Source of the DNA: a bacterium
GTDB taxonomy: Bacteria > SZUA-182 > JBHHXV01
NCBI GenBank assembly: GCA_046757225.1
Contig: JBHHXV010000001.1
Span: 1-34,540, forward strand
Direction of reading: 5' to 3'
Length of the DNA: 34,540 bases
In this document: piece by piece, positions 16,941-26,063 of the stretch
Layout: each line of letters opens with the position of its first letter
Numbering within the stretch: the stretch's first letter is position 1
The notes under the pieces: generated by a model
What the model was told of the DNA's origin: nothing
What the model saw: only the letters and a program-made list of their open reading frames with translations
The model's database searches: none
Position numbers and translations under genes: made by a program

Positions 16941-18296
16941 ATGGAAAGAAAACTCACCCTGATCGGGAGCCTGGCATTCTACCTGACGCTTATCTGCGGG
17001 AATGTTCAAGCCGGGCCGCCCCTTGCTCAGGAATCACCGTACGATGGCGATCACAAGCACTTCTGGCGGGTAAAAACCCATGAGCATGAAATGGGCGATT
17101 TTTTCAAGGGACTGGATATTTCCGGGCAGATGACCGGTATTTACCAAAACAGCGGCCTTGATCTGCAACCGGGCGACTTGACCGGGAAAGCGGAAAATCA
17201 CCCGTACGCGACCGGAACCTTTTCCTCGGATCTGTTTATCGAAAAGGAATTCGACAATGATTATGTCATGTTCGATATCCAGTATGCCTCCGGGCTGGGA
17301 GTGGACGCTAACCTGCAGGGCGGTGGCATGGTCAACAACGATGTCATGCAGGACTTCGAGCATAATAATCAACCGTATATCGCCCGGGCCTATTATGAAC
17401 ATACCTGGGAAGCAGGCGGGGGATATAAGGCGCGCTTAGACATGGGCCGATTCAGTGTCGCCGATTTTTTTGACCTGGGAGAACGGGTGGCTGACCAGGC
17501 AGTCCGGTTTATCAATCAGGCGATCTGTAATAACGGCGCCTTCGATTACGTCCAGGACCTTCAGGGACACGGTTATACCTTCGGAACGAGAGTGGCCCTG
17601 GAAACCCCGTGGATAAACCTGTCCGGGGCAGCCCTGTCCTCCGATTCGGTTCTGGATAACCTTTCTGACAAATACTCTCTTATCGGCTCCCTGGAGTTTC
17701 ATCATCAGTTTACGGAAAATGTAACCGGAAAATACCAGATTTATTATTTCAAGAACTTCGGGGAATACGCCCGGTTCGATGACCAGGGTAACCTGGTTAC
17801 TGACGATACCACTCCCAATCATGATCTGATAAACACCTCCGACAATCCGGATAACTTGGACAAAGCCGGTTTCGGCATCAGTATCGATCAGTCCCTGCCC
17901 ATGGGGATCAACCTGTTCGGTAAATACGGAAAACAGGACGATGACCGGGACGTGCGCCATTATCAGGATATGGACGAAAGCGTCATGTTCGGCTTCGATC
18001 TCAGCGGGGAGCACTGGCGCCGGCCCAAAGATGTTCTGGGCATCGCTTACCAGATCGGCCGGTTGACCGGAAACCACCGGCTGGCCCACGAAAAGGGGTA
18101 TGAAAGTTTCTTCAGCCGCCCGGGAATCGGAGCGGGAAATTACGCTGACGAACGGGTGCTGGAGATTTATTACCGGTGGGCCTTGACCGACCATATCGGT
18201 ATCGGGCCGGATTACCAGCATATTGAAAACTTTTTCTACAGCCGAAAGATCGGCGGGGTCGATTTCTGGGGAGCCAGGATAAATGTCGGATATTAA
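16941..18296 (+). CDS. Outer-membrane porin, OprB-like family
   Basis: Signal peptide MERKLTLIGSLAFYLTLICGNVQA. Alternating beta-strand pattern with a C-terminal aromatic residue (..ARINVGY). The C-terminal E.YYRW.L.....I.PDYQHI.N resembles the OprB-family PD.QY..NP motif. ATG 16941 is preferred over the track's GTG 16935. Confidence 0.6.
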   Translation: MERKLTLIGSLAFYLTLICGNVQAGPPLAQESPYDGDHKHFWRVKTHEHEMGDFFKGLDISGQMTGIYQNSGLDLQPGDLTGKAENHPYATGTFSSDLFIEKEFDNDYVMFDIQYASGLGVDANLQGGGMVNNDVMQDFEHNNQPYIARAYYEHTWEAGGGYKARLDMGRFSVADFFDLGERVADQAVRFINQAICNNGAFDYVQDLQGHGYTFGTRVALETPWINLSGAALSSDSVLDNLSDKYSLIGSLEFHHQFTENVTGKYQIYYFKNFGEYARFDDQGNLVTDDTTPNHDLINTSDNPDNLDKAGFGISIDQSLPMGINLFGKYGKQDDDRDVRHYQDMDESVMFGFDLSGEHWRRPKDVLGIAYQIGRLTGNHRLAHEKGYESFFSRPGIGAGNYADERVLEIYYRWALTDHIGIGPDYQHIENFFYSRKIGGVDFWGARINVGY

Positions 18297-20550
18297 ACTT
18301 TTCATGACGGGCCATCCGTCACCCGCTCATGATGAAAAGAGCCGGTTATCCCCCAAGATTGGGGAGGCTCCACTCCGGTATTCTCACGGTAAAACAATAA
18401 CGGTCGCCCTGGCCGGAAATCCCAATTCCGGAAAAACCTCCATCTTTAATAACCTGACCGGCGGCCGCCAGAAGGTGGGAAACTGGGCCGGGGTAACAGT
18501 CACCAAAAAGGAGGGAAATCTTAAATACAAGGGGTATCAGATCAAGGTGGTCGATCTTCCCGGTATCTACAGCCTGACCGCCTACTCCATCGAGGAGATA
18601 GTAGCCCGGAACTACATAGTCAACGAAAAACCGGATATTATCGTCAATGTGGTCGATGCCGCCAACCTGGAACGGAACCTTTACCTCTCCACCCAGTTCA
18701 TCGAGTTGGGAGCGAGGATGGTAATCTCTTTGAATATGGTGGATACCGCCCAGGGTCAGGGAATCGAGGTGGATAAACATAAACTGGGGCGATTAATCGG
18801 GGTTCCCCTGGTGGAAACGGTGGGCAGTAAAAACCAGGGCACGTTCGAGCTGTTGGATGAGGTGCTGGCGGTTTACCAGCATGATGACCCGGTCAGCCGC
18901 CATATTCATATCAACTACGGGCAGGATATCGAGGAGGAAATTCATAAAATTCAAGGCGAAATCCGTCAGCATCCGGAACTGCCGGAAAAGTACTCCACCC
19001 GCTGGCTGAGCGTGAAGCTGCTGGAAAAGGATCCGAAAATCCTGGAACTGCTGGAGGAAAATCGCTCTCATTACCCCAATGTCATCTCCCAAAGCGAAAA
19101 AAGCCGAACATATCTGGAAAACATCTATAAAGAAAACCTGGAAGAGGTAATAACTGACCGGCGTTACGGTTTTATTGCCGGCGCCTGTCAGGAAGCAGTT
19201 CGTTTTACCAGGCAGGACCGGCTTACCCTGTCGGAAAAAGCGGACCGGGTGATCACCAACCGCTGGCTGGGGTTCCCGCTGTTCATTCTGGCCATGTGGC
19301 TGATGTTCCGCTTGACCTTCGGTATCGGGGATATACCCAAGGGATGGCTGGAAACGTTTTTCAGCTGGTCGTCCCTGACCGTCCGGCAGGTCATGTCTCC
19401 GGGGTTGCTGCGTGACCTGATCGTGGACGGCCTGATTTCCGGGGTGGGAAGCATCATCTCGTTTCTGCCGGAAATTTTTATGATATTTTTGTGCATCTCT
19501 TTTATGGAAGATACCGGTTATATGGCCCGGGCCGCCTTTATCATGGACCGGGTGATGCATACCCTGGGTCTGCACGGCAAGTCTTTTATCCCGCTGTTAA
19601 TGGGGTTCGGCTGCAATGTCCCGGCGATCATGGGAACCCGCACCCTGGAAAGCCGCAGGGACAGAATCCTGACCATCTTACTGATTCCCTATATGAACTG
19701 CAGCGCCCGGTTGACCGTTTTCGTCCTGCTCACCGGCGCCTTTTTCCCCAACAACGCCGGAAATGTGATTTTCCTCTTATATATGACCGGAATTCTCTTT
19801 TCCATTCTATCGGGTCAGCTGTTCAAGAAGCTGTTTTTTAAGGGAGAGACCGCCCCTTTTGTCATGGAACTGCCGCCCTACCGGCTTCCCAGCGTGAAAA
19901 GTCTTGTTATTCACATGTGGAACAAGGGGGTTATCTTTATTAAGAAGGTCTGGAAGGTGGTTTTGTACGGCTCGATACTCATCTGGTTTTTGAGCGCCTT
20001 TCCCCAGCAGGTGAACTATTCGGTTGATTACGGCTCCCTGATTAACCGGGTGGAACGGAAATACGAAAAGATTGACCCAGGTGATCGAACTTTGGCGGCG
20101 AGGAAAGCTATGGAAATCAGTAAAATAGAGAATCTCCGTTCAGAAGAGCATATGGAGAAATCGTTCCTGGGCCGGGTCGGCCGGCTGTTCGAGCCGCTTA
20201 TCAGCCCGCTTGGTTTCAGTTGGAAGGAGGGAGTGGCTTTAATAAGCGGCTTTATCGCCAAAGAGATCGTGGTAAGCAGTATGGGGGTGCTGTACCGTGT
20301 CGGTTCCCAGGTGACCGAAGAGAGCAAGAGCCTGGTGGCAGCGGTCCGGGGTTCCCATATGACCCGCTTGAGCGCCTTTTGCCTGATGCTGTTTATCATG
20401 CTGTATGTCCCCTGCCTGGCCACCATCGGAGCGATCACCAAGGAAACCGGCTCCCGCAAATGGACGTATTTTTCAATTCTCTACAGCCTGACTTCCACCT
20501 GGCTGCTGGTTTTCGTCATTTACCGGACCGGGCGGCTGTTTGGTTTATAA
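18283..20550 (+). CDS. feoB: Ferrous iron transporter FeoB (start uncertain: ATG 18283 or ATG 18304)
   Basis: G-domain VALAGNPNSGKTSIFN..DLPG..NVVDA.NLERNL, followed by a polytopic membrane domain with gate motifs. There is no ATG, GTG or TTG in frame between 18304 and the G1 motif, so the S-repeat-encoded ~35 aa must be part of the ORF. Confidence 0.85.
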   Translation: MSDIKLFMTGHPSPAHDEKSRLSPKIGEAPLRYSHGKTITVALAGNPNSGKTSIFNNLTGGRQKVGNWAGVTVTKKEGNLKYKGYQIKVVDLPGIYSLTAYSIEEIVARNYIVNEKPDIIVNVVDAANLERNLYLSTQFIELGARMVISLNMVDTAQGQGIEVDKHKLGRLIGVPLVETVGSKNQGTFELLDEVLAVYQHDDPVSRHIHINYGQDIEEEIHKIQGEIRQHPELPEKYSTRWLSVKLLEKDPKILELLEENRSHYPNVISQSEKSRTYLENIYKENLEEVITDRRYGFIAGACQEAVRFTRQDRLTLSEKADRVITNRWLGFPLFILAMWLMFRLTFGIGDIPKGWLETFFSWSSLTVRQVMSPGLLRDLIVDGLISGVGSIISFLPEIFMIFLCISFMEDTGYMARAAFIMDRVMHTLGLHGKSFIPLLMGFGCNVPAIMGTRTLESRRDRILTILLIPYMNCSARLTVFVLLTGAFFPNNAGNVIFLLYMTGILFSILSGQLFKKLFFKGETAPFVMELPPYRLPSVKSLVIHMWNKGVIFIKKVWKVVLYGSILIWFLSAFPQQVNYSVDYGSLINRVERKYEKIDPGDRTLAARKAMEISKIENLRSEEHMEKSFLGRVGRLFEPLISPLGFSWKEGVALISGFIAKEIVVSSMGVLYRVGSQVTEESKSLVAAVRGSHMTRLSAFCLMLFIMLYVPCLATIGAITKETGSRKWTYFSILYSLTSTWLLVFVIYRTGRLFGL
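18295..18376 (+). repeat. Repeat S, copy B, between the porin stop and the feoB G-domain
   Basis: AAACTTTTCATGACGGGCCATCCGTCACCCGCTCATGATGAAAAGAGCCGGTTATCCCCCAAGATTGGGGAGGCTCCACTCC. It is in inverted orientation relative to copy A and starts at the porin stop codon. Confidence 0.8.
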
Positions 20551-20565
20551 TTTCCTTTTGATAAT

Positions 20566-20641
<76 letters not shown>

Positions 20642-20720
20642 AGAAAATAAAGAGCTGTCACGAAAAATCCTGCGCAATCTTGTACGGCTTGTTTCATGAC
20701 AGCACCGGAAAAGGCTTTAT

Positions 20721-20833
20721 GCCAACGTCCGGATAAAATTTATCGGCAAACAGAAGTTGAAGGGAAACTGATAAAAAGTAACTATTTTCAACAACATATC
20801 ATCTGCTTTGCTATGATTCCCGAATTATTCGGG
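20721..20833. repeat. Repeat D, copy 1 (intergenic, between lepA and tRNA-Thr)
   Basis: gccaacgtcc...agttgaagggaaactga(taaaa)agtaactattttcaacaacatatcatctgctttgctatgattcccgaattattcggg. The core is identical to copy 2 apart from a 5-nt indel. Three potential hairpins: GTTGAA/TTCAAC, ATCAT/ATGAT and CCCGAA-TTA-TTCGGG. Confidence 0.8.
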
Positions 20834-20842
20834 CTAAATAAT

Positions 20843-22642
20843 CTACTTGTCAATTTTAAGGACCGCCATAAAGGCTTCCTGGGGAAGTTCCACTTTACCG
20901 ACCATCTTCATCCGTTTTTTACCGGCTTTTTGTTTTTCCAGTAACTTACGCTTGCGGGTAACGTCTCCCCCGTAACATTTGGCGGTTACGTTCTTCCGCA
21001 TGGCGCTGATGCTTTCCCGGGCCTGAATCTTGCTGCCGATCGCCGACTGGATGACCACTTCATACATCTGCCGGGGGATTACCTCCTTGAGTTTTTCGCA
21101 GATCCTGCGCCCCTTATACTGAGCTTTATCCCGGGGGACAATCACCGATAAAGCGTCCACCGGACTGCCATTGATAAGAATATCCATCTTGACCAGCTTG
21201 GCTTCCTGCATACTCGAGAATTCATAATCAAAGGAGGCGTACCCTCGCGACAATGATTTCAGACGGTCATAAAAATCGACCACAATTTCATTGAGGGGCA
21301 GCTCATAGGTTACCATAGCCGTTTTTTTATCCAGGTATTCGAACCTTCTCTGGATTCCCCGTTTCTCCTGCAGCAGGCCCAGCAGACCGCCCAGAAACTC
21401 ATCCGGCAGAATAATGGTGGCTTTGATAATCGGCTCCTCTATCTTGTCGATATACTGGGGGGAGGGAAACTTGGAGGGGTTGTCCAGTTCGACCTCGTTG
21501 CCGTCGATCTTGGTGACTTTATAGATAACCGTGGGAGCGGTAGTCAGCAGGTTGAGGTTGAATTCCCGCTCCAGGCGCTCCTGGATGATTTCCAGGTGCA
21601 GCAGCCCCAGAAAGCCGCACCGGAACCCGAATCCCAGAGCCAGCGAGGTCTCCGGCTCGTAACTGAAGGAGGAATCGTTCAGGCTCAACTTTTCCAGAGC
21701 GGTCTTGAGGTTTTCATACTGGTCGGTGTCAGTGGGGTAAAGCCCGGCGAACACCATCTGCTTGGCTTCCTTGTAACCGGGAAACGGTTCCCCGGCAGGG
21801 TTATCCTTATGGGTGACCGTATCCCCGATCCTTACCTCATTGATATTTTTGATATTGGCGGTAAAAAAACCGACCTCCCCGGCCGAGAGTTTTTTGATCG
21901 GTTTCATTTGCGGGGAAAAAAAACCGGTCTGCGTGACATCATAGCTTTTCCCGGAGGCCATCATGGTAATGGCGCTTTTAGGAGCGATCTCTCCGTCCAC
22001 CACCTTGAGGTAAGGCACCACCCCCTGAAAAGAATCAAAGAAAGAGTCGAACACCAGCGCTTTCAGCGGCTTGTCTTTATCTCCCGGAGGACAGGAAATC
22101 CTCTTAACGACCGCTTCCAGGACATCCCCGGTGCCGATTCCGTTCTTAGCGCTGGCCAGGATAATATCCTGCCTGTCGATGCCCAGGATATCCTCTATCT
22201 GATCAGAGACCTTTTCCACATCCGCGTGGGGCAGGTCTATCTTATTGAGAACCGGGATTATTTCCAGGTCATGTTCCAGGCTGAGGTAATAATTGGCCAG
22301 GGTCTGGGCCTGAATCCCCTGGGATGCGTCCACGATTAACAGAGCCCCTTCGCAGGCGGCCAGGCTCCGGGAAACCTCATAGGAGAAATCGACATGGCCG
22401 GGGGTATCGATCAAATTCAGCAGGTAAGTCTCCCCATTCCGGGCAAGGTAACTGATCCTGACCGCCTGGGCTTTGATGGTGATTCCTCTTTCCCGCTCGA
22501 TATCCATTCCGTCGAGAAGTTGAGACTGCATTTCCCGGGCGGTAACCGTCTGAGTATACTCCATCAACCGGTCGGCCAGGGTGGACTTTCCATGATCGAT
22601 ATGGGCGATAATGGAGAAATTTCTGATTCTGGTTATATCCAT
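20843..22642 (-). CDS. lepA: Translation elongation factor 4 (LepA)
   Basis: [34 protein letters not shown] and the LepA-specific C-terminal domain. Start is placed at ATG 22642 (MDITRIRNF), consistent with LepA N-termini. The track start 22669 would overlap the upstream gene. Confidence 0.9.
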   Translation of the reverse strand: MDITRIRNFSIIAHIDHGKSTLADRLMEYTQTVTAREMQSQLLDGMDIERERGITIKAQAVRISYLARNGETYLLNLIDTPGHVDFSYEVSRSLAACEGALLIVDASQGIQAQTLANYYLSLEHDLEIIPVLNKIDLPHADVEKVSDQIEDILGIDRQDIILASAKNGIGTGDVLEAVVKRISCPPGDKDKPLKALVFDSFFDSFQGVVPYLKVVDGEIAPKSAITMMASGKSYDVTQTGFFSPQMKPIKKLSAGEVGFFTANIKNINEVRIGDTVTHKDNPAGEPFPGYKEAKQMVFAGLYPTDTDQYENLKTALEKLSLNDSSFSYEPETSLALGFGFRCGFLGLLHLEIIQERLEREFNLNLLTTAPTVIYKVTKIDGNEVELDNPSKFPSPQYIDKIEEPIIKATIILPDEFLGGLLGLLQEKRGIQRRFEYLDKKTAMVTYELPLNEIVVDFYDRLKSLSRGYASFDYEFSSMQEAKLVKMDILINGSPVDALSVIVPRDKAQYKGRRICEKLKEVIPRQMYEVVIQSAIGSKIQARESISAMRKNVTAKCYGGDVTRKRKLLEKQKAGKKRMKMVGKVELPQEAFMAVLKIDK

Positions 22643-22658
22643 TAATTGACGACACGAC

Positions 22659-23567
22659 CTAATGGTCATCCTGCCATTTCTGCCAGGCGGCCGGAGCCAG
22701 GCCGAAATCCTGGCCGGTAATGGTTTTGAGGGCCTCAGCCGCTTTAGTGGCTACTACCGTTTCATGATCGCTTAAGGCTTTGATTAACGGCCGGACCGCC
22801 TGCTGGGTGCCGATTTCCCCCAGCGAACCGGCCGCGTTTTCCCGAAGCCACGCGCTTTTACCGGTAAGAGCGGCTATCAGAGGTTTTTCCGCTTCCTCGC
22901 TGCCTATTTTGCCCAGCGCCCAGGCCGCGTTTTCCCGGGCGTGGATTTCACCGTGTTTCAAGTCGTTGATTAAACGTTTTTCCGCCACTCCGCCAAACTT
23001 CTGCAAGGAGGAAGCTATCTGCCTGTGAACCCCCAGATCATGATCATCAAGCAAATGTATCAAGGGGTCTATCGCCTGGTGGTCACCGATATTTCCCAGA
23101 ACCGTTACCACGTTTTTCCGAATATCCACGTTTTTATATTTTAAGGCGGCCAGCAAAGGCGTAACCGCCGGCCGGCCTATTTTGGTCAGGGCTTCAACAG
23201 CTTCGCCGGTTACATAACGGTTTTTTTCATTCAACAGCCTGATCAAGGGTTCGATCGCCCGGGGGTCTTCCAGCCTTCCCAGAATCCAGGCCGCTTCTTT
23301 TCTGACAAACCAATCGTTGTCGCTCAGAATGCCTATTAAAAACGGTACCGCCGGTTCCGAGCGCTTTCCCAGGATGGTCAAAGCCTTGATGGCGAATACC
23401 CGGTCCTTGGCGTCGGGAAGATACAAGGCTTCAATATGTTTTCTCACCTCTTGAGGAATGTTCTGGGAAATCTTTTCCCGGGAAACAGCGGGTTGAGCGT
23501 AAGCCGATCCCCCTATTGCAAAGATAAGGCTTATTACCATGAACAGAAAGTCTTTTATCTTTTTCAT
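22659..23567 (-). CDS. Periplasmic HEAT-repeat (PBS-lyase HEAT-like) protein
   Basis: Signal peptide [24 protein letters not shown], then about 7 repeats of the pattern VR..AA.ALG.IG...A..PLI.AL.D. Last gene of the ccmE-F-H string. Confidence 0.7.
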   Translation of the reverse strand: MKKIKDFLFMVISLIFAIGGSAYAQPAVSREKISQNIPQEVRKHIEALYLPDAKDRVFAIKALTILGKRSEPAVPFLIGILSDNDWFVRKEAAWILGRLEDPRAIEPLIRLLNEKNRYVTGEAVEALTKIGRPAVTPLLAALKYKNVDIRKNVVTVLGNIGDHQAIDPLIHLLDDHDLGVHRQIASSLQKFGGVAEKRLINDLKHGEIHARENAAWALGKIGSEEAEKPLIAALTGKSAWLRENAAGSLGEIGTQQAVRPLIKALSDHETVVATKAAEALKTITGQDFGLAPAAWQKWQDDH

Positions 23568-23586
23568 CTATCCGCCCTCAGCAAGG

Positions 23587-24069
23587 TTAATCTTCAAATT
23601 TGTCCAGTTCTTTTTCCAGTTGATCATTGTAATCGGCGTCCTCTTCTTCCCAATCTTCTTCCAGCTCTTTGTCTTGTTTTTTCTTCCATTTTTTCAGAAA
23701 ATAAAAGAGGATAAAGACCGAAACTATCGGCAGGATATAAGGAATGAAAATCCAGAGGATTTGATTGAACCCTTTTTTCGGGGGAGCGGACAAGACCACC
23801 CAGCCTTTTTCCGCAATAAAGATATCCAGAATCTCCTGCTGGGTCTTGCCGCTCTGCAGATAGTTTTTGATCCGCTTTCTTTCCTTGGCCGCCACCGCGC
23901 AGGTACAGACGTCCAGCACCTGGTTGCCGCAGCCGCACAGGCAGACCAGCTCATGGGCCACTTTTTTCACCTTCCGGTTAAGCTCCACCTCATTGTTGGC
24001 CCAGGCGGAAACAGTAAAAGCAAGAATCACGAACCAGGCGACCGCTAAGAACCGACGATCGATTTTCAT
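23587..24069 (-). CDS. ccmH: Cytochrome c maturation protein CcmH/NrfF-like, atypical Cys motif
   Basis: Signal/anchor, then CLCGCGNQVLDVCTCAVAAKERKRIKNYLQSGKTQQEILDIFIAEKG..VLSAPP, then a TM helix. This is collinear with the CcmH pattern (RCPVCQNQS..DS.A..A.DLR..I......G.S..EI......YG..VL..PP). However, it has CxCxC plus CxC in place of CxxC. ATGA overlap with ccmF. Confidence 0.65.
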   Translation of the reverse strand: MKIDRRFLAVAWFVILAFTVSAWANNEVELNRKVKKVAHELVCLCGCGNQVLDVCTCAVAAKERKRIKNYLQSGKTQQEILDIFIAEKGWVVLSAPPKKGFNQILWIFIPYILPIVSVFILFYFLKKWKKKQDKELEEDWEEEDADYNDQLEKELDKFED

Positions 24070-26054
24070 GCTGAAACCTCGCTGGCGAACCGGGCTAACA
24101 GCCGCAGCTTTTCCCTTTTATCCGGCCAGATGGCGATGGTTGACCCGATTGCCATGACGATTCCCCCGATCCAGAGCCAGACCACCAACGGGTTGATCAC
24201 CGCCTTGAACGTAGCCGAGCCGTCCCGGTTCAAGGCGTTTAGAATAATATAGATATCCTTGCGCAAATCCCAGGAGATGGCTACTTCGGTGGTGGGCTGT
24301 TCGGGCCGCTTTTTCCAGTAATCCTTTTGCGGGTAGATTACATCTATTTTCCGCCCGGCCTTGTAAACCTCCATGATGACGGAGATGCTGAGCTTTCCGG
24401 CGCTTTCATAGTCGCTGTATTTGACATAGCGCAGATTGTACTCGCCCAGTTGAAAGCTCTCTCCCGGTCTGACGGTGATCTCCTTTTCCACCTGATAGGC
24501 GGAGGAGCCGGTGATACCGATAAAGACCAGGATTACCCCTATATGGACTATGTAACCGCCGTAACGCCGTTTGCCCTTCCAGATCAGCCGGTAAAGGGCG
24601 ATCAATGACGGTTCACCGGTGATTCTGTACCTGGCTCGGGCGCCCTTTACCACCTCTATGATGATGGTAGCCAGCACGAATACGCATAAGCAGAAGGAGG
24701 TTAAGGGGTAACCCTCTCTGATGCCGGTAATGAACAGAAGGACCCCGGAGACCGTCATTATAATTGTAGGCAACACAAAATTCTCCCTGAGGTTTTTGAC
24801 CGAGCTTTTCCGCCAGGCGATCAGGGGGCAGAAAGCCATGACCAGCAGCAGGGCCAGACCGATCGGCACATTGGTCTGGTTGTAGAAGGTGGAAGTGACT
24901 ACCGATTGCTGGCCCAGCACCGCTTCGGAAATGAACGGCCAGGAGGTTCCGAAGAAAACGATTACCAGCATGGCCACCAGTACCAGGTTGTTGTACAGGA
25001 ACATGCTTTCCCGGGAGAGGAGCGAATCCAGCTCATTGTCGCTTTTCAGCTCCTTGAGCCGGTTGAACAGCAGGGTGAGCGTCACGGCCATCACCGCCAG
25101 CAGGAAGACTCCGAAGATCGGCCCCAGGGAAGAGACCCCGAAGGAATGCACCGAAGAGATCACCCCGGACCGGGTGATAAAGGTGCCGTAAATGGTAAGG
25201 ACGAAGGTGAGGATAATCAAGACCATGTTCCAGACCTTGAGCATATCTTTTCTTTCCTGAATCATCACCGAATGAAGATAAGCGGTGCCGGAGATCCAGG
25301 GCATGAAAGAGGCGTTTTCCACCGGGTCCCAGGCCCAGTACCCGCCCCAGCCCAGCTCAACATAAGCCCACTGTCCTCCCAGGATGATTCCGGCGGTGAG
25401 AAGCGTCCAGGCGAACAGGGTCCAGCGCCTGGTGCTCCTGATCCAGAGGTCGTTCAGGTTTCCGGTGATCATGGCGGCCAGGGCAAAGGCGAAGGGGATG
25501 GTAAACCCCACATACCCCAGATAAAGAGAAGGGGGGTGCCAGGTCATTCCCAGGTTCTGCAATAAGGGGTTCAAACCCTTACCGTCAAACGGGATCATGG
25601 GAAGCAGATCAAAAGGGTTGGTCTCCCCGCGGATCATAATGCTGGCGAAAAAGAAGGAGACTATCGAAAGAATCCCGGTGATATACGGCATCATCCGCCG
25701 GTTGATTTTGCGGTTTTGGGCGATTACGATCATGGTAAACAGGGAGAGAAACCAGACCCACATGAACATGGAACCCTCCTGGCCGGCCCAGAACGCGGCT
25801 ACCTTGTAAAACATCGGCAGGGCCCGGTCGCTGTATTCGTAAACATATCTCAGCTGAAAATTCCCCGTGACGAAGGCGTGGATTAACAGGCCGGCTCCCA
25901 GGGTAAACAGGGCAAAGTAGCCGAAAACCGCGTTCTCGCAGCTTCGGATAAGCTTCTGATTATTGATTCTGGCTCCCACGATGGAAAAGATCGAAGCGTA
26001 GGCGGTCAGCAGGAAAGCCAGAACAAGGGAAAAATTACCTAATTCAGCGGTCAT
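24066..26054 (-). CDS. ccmF: Cytochrome c-type biogenesis heme lyase subunit CcmF
   Basis: 662 aa polytopic membrane protein with the WGGYWAWDPVENAS tryptophan-rich (WWD) motif and conserved His residues. Confidence 0.9.
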   Translation of the reverse strand: MTAELGNFSLVLAFLLTAYASIFSIVGARINNQKLIRSCENAVFGYFALFTLGAGLLIHAFVTGNFQLRYVYEYSDRALPMFYKVAAFWAGQEGSMFMWVWFLSLFTMIVIAQNRKINRRMMPYITGILSIVSFFFASIMIRGETNPFDLLPMIPFDGKGLNPLLQNLGMTWHPPSLYLGYVGFTIPFAFALAAMITGNLNDLWIRSTRRWTLFAWTLLTAGIILGGQWAYVELGWGGYWAWDPVENASFMPWISGTAYLHSVMIQERKDMLKVWNMVLIILTFVLTIYGTFITRSGVISSVHSFGVSSLGPIFGVFLLAVMAVTLTLLFNRLKELKSDNELDSLLSRESMFLYNNLVLVAMLVIVFFGTSWPFISEAVLGQQSVVTSTFYNQTNVPIGLALLLVMAFCPLIAWRKSSVKNLRENFVLPTIIMTVSGVLLFITGIREGYPLTSFCLCVFVLATIIIEVVKGARARYRITGEPSLIALYRLIWKGKRRYGGYIVHIGVILVFIGITGSSAYQVEKEITVRPGESFQLGEYNLRYVKYSDYESAGKLSISVIMEVYKAGRKIDVIYPQKDYWKKRPEQPTTEVAISWDLRKDIYIILNALNRDGSATFKAVINPLVVWLWIGGIVMAIGSTIAIWPDKREKLRLLARFASEVSA

Positions 26055-26063
26055 GGTACTGTC

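Noticed and set aside
16803-17009. 68-aa minus-strand ORF across the porin promoter region
   Set aside because: It covers the TTGACA/TATAAT/Fur-box segment and the porin signal-peptide codons in antisense. It is an AT-rich hydrophobic artefact with no SD.
20653-20702. Long-range inverted repeat GCTGTCACGAAA ... TTTCATGACAGC upstream of tRNA-Thr
   Set aside because: It is a single occurrence with a 26-nt loop and no recognisable promoter, terminator or family context. It may be part of tRNA promoter or processing signals, but I cannot support a call.
20696-20944. 82-aa plus ORF covering repeat D copy 1 and the lepA 3' end
   Set aside because: It reads through a non-coding repeat and then runs antisense to lepA. 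It has no SD, and the equivalent frame in repeat D copy 2 is not preserved as an ORF.
23539-24048. 169-aa plus ORF and the nested minus ORFs 23624..23938 and 23724..23954
   Set aside because: They overlap the CcmH-like gene, which has a signal anchor, a family-collinear core and translational coupling to ccmF. The alternatives have no features.
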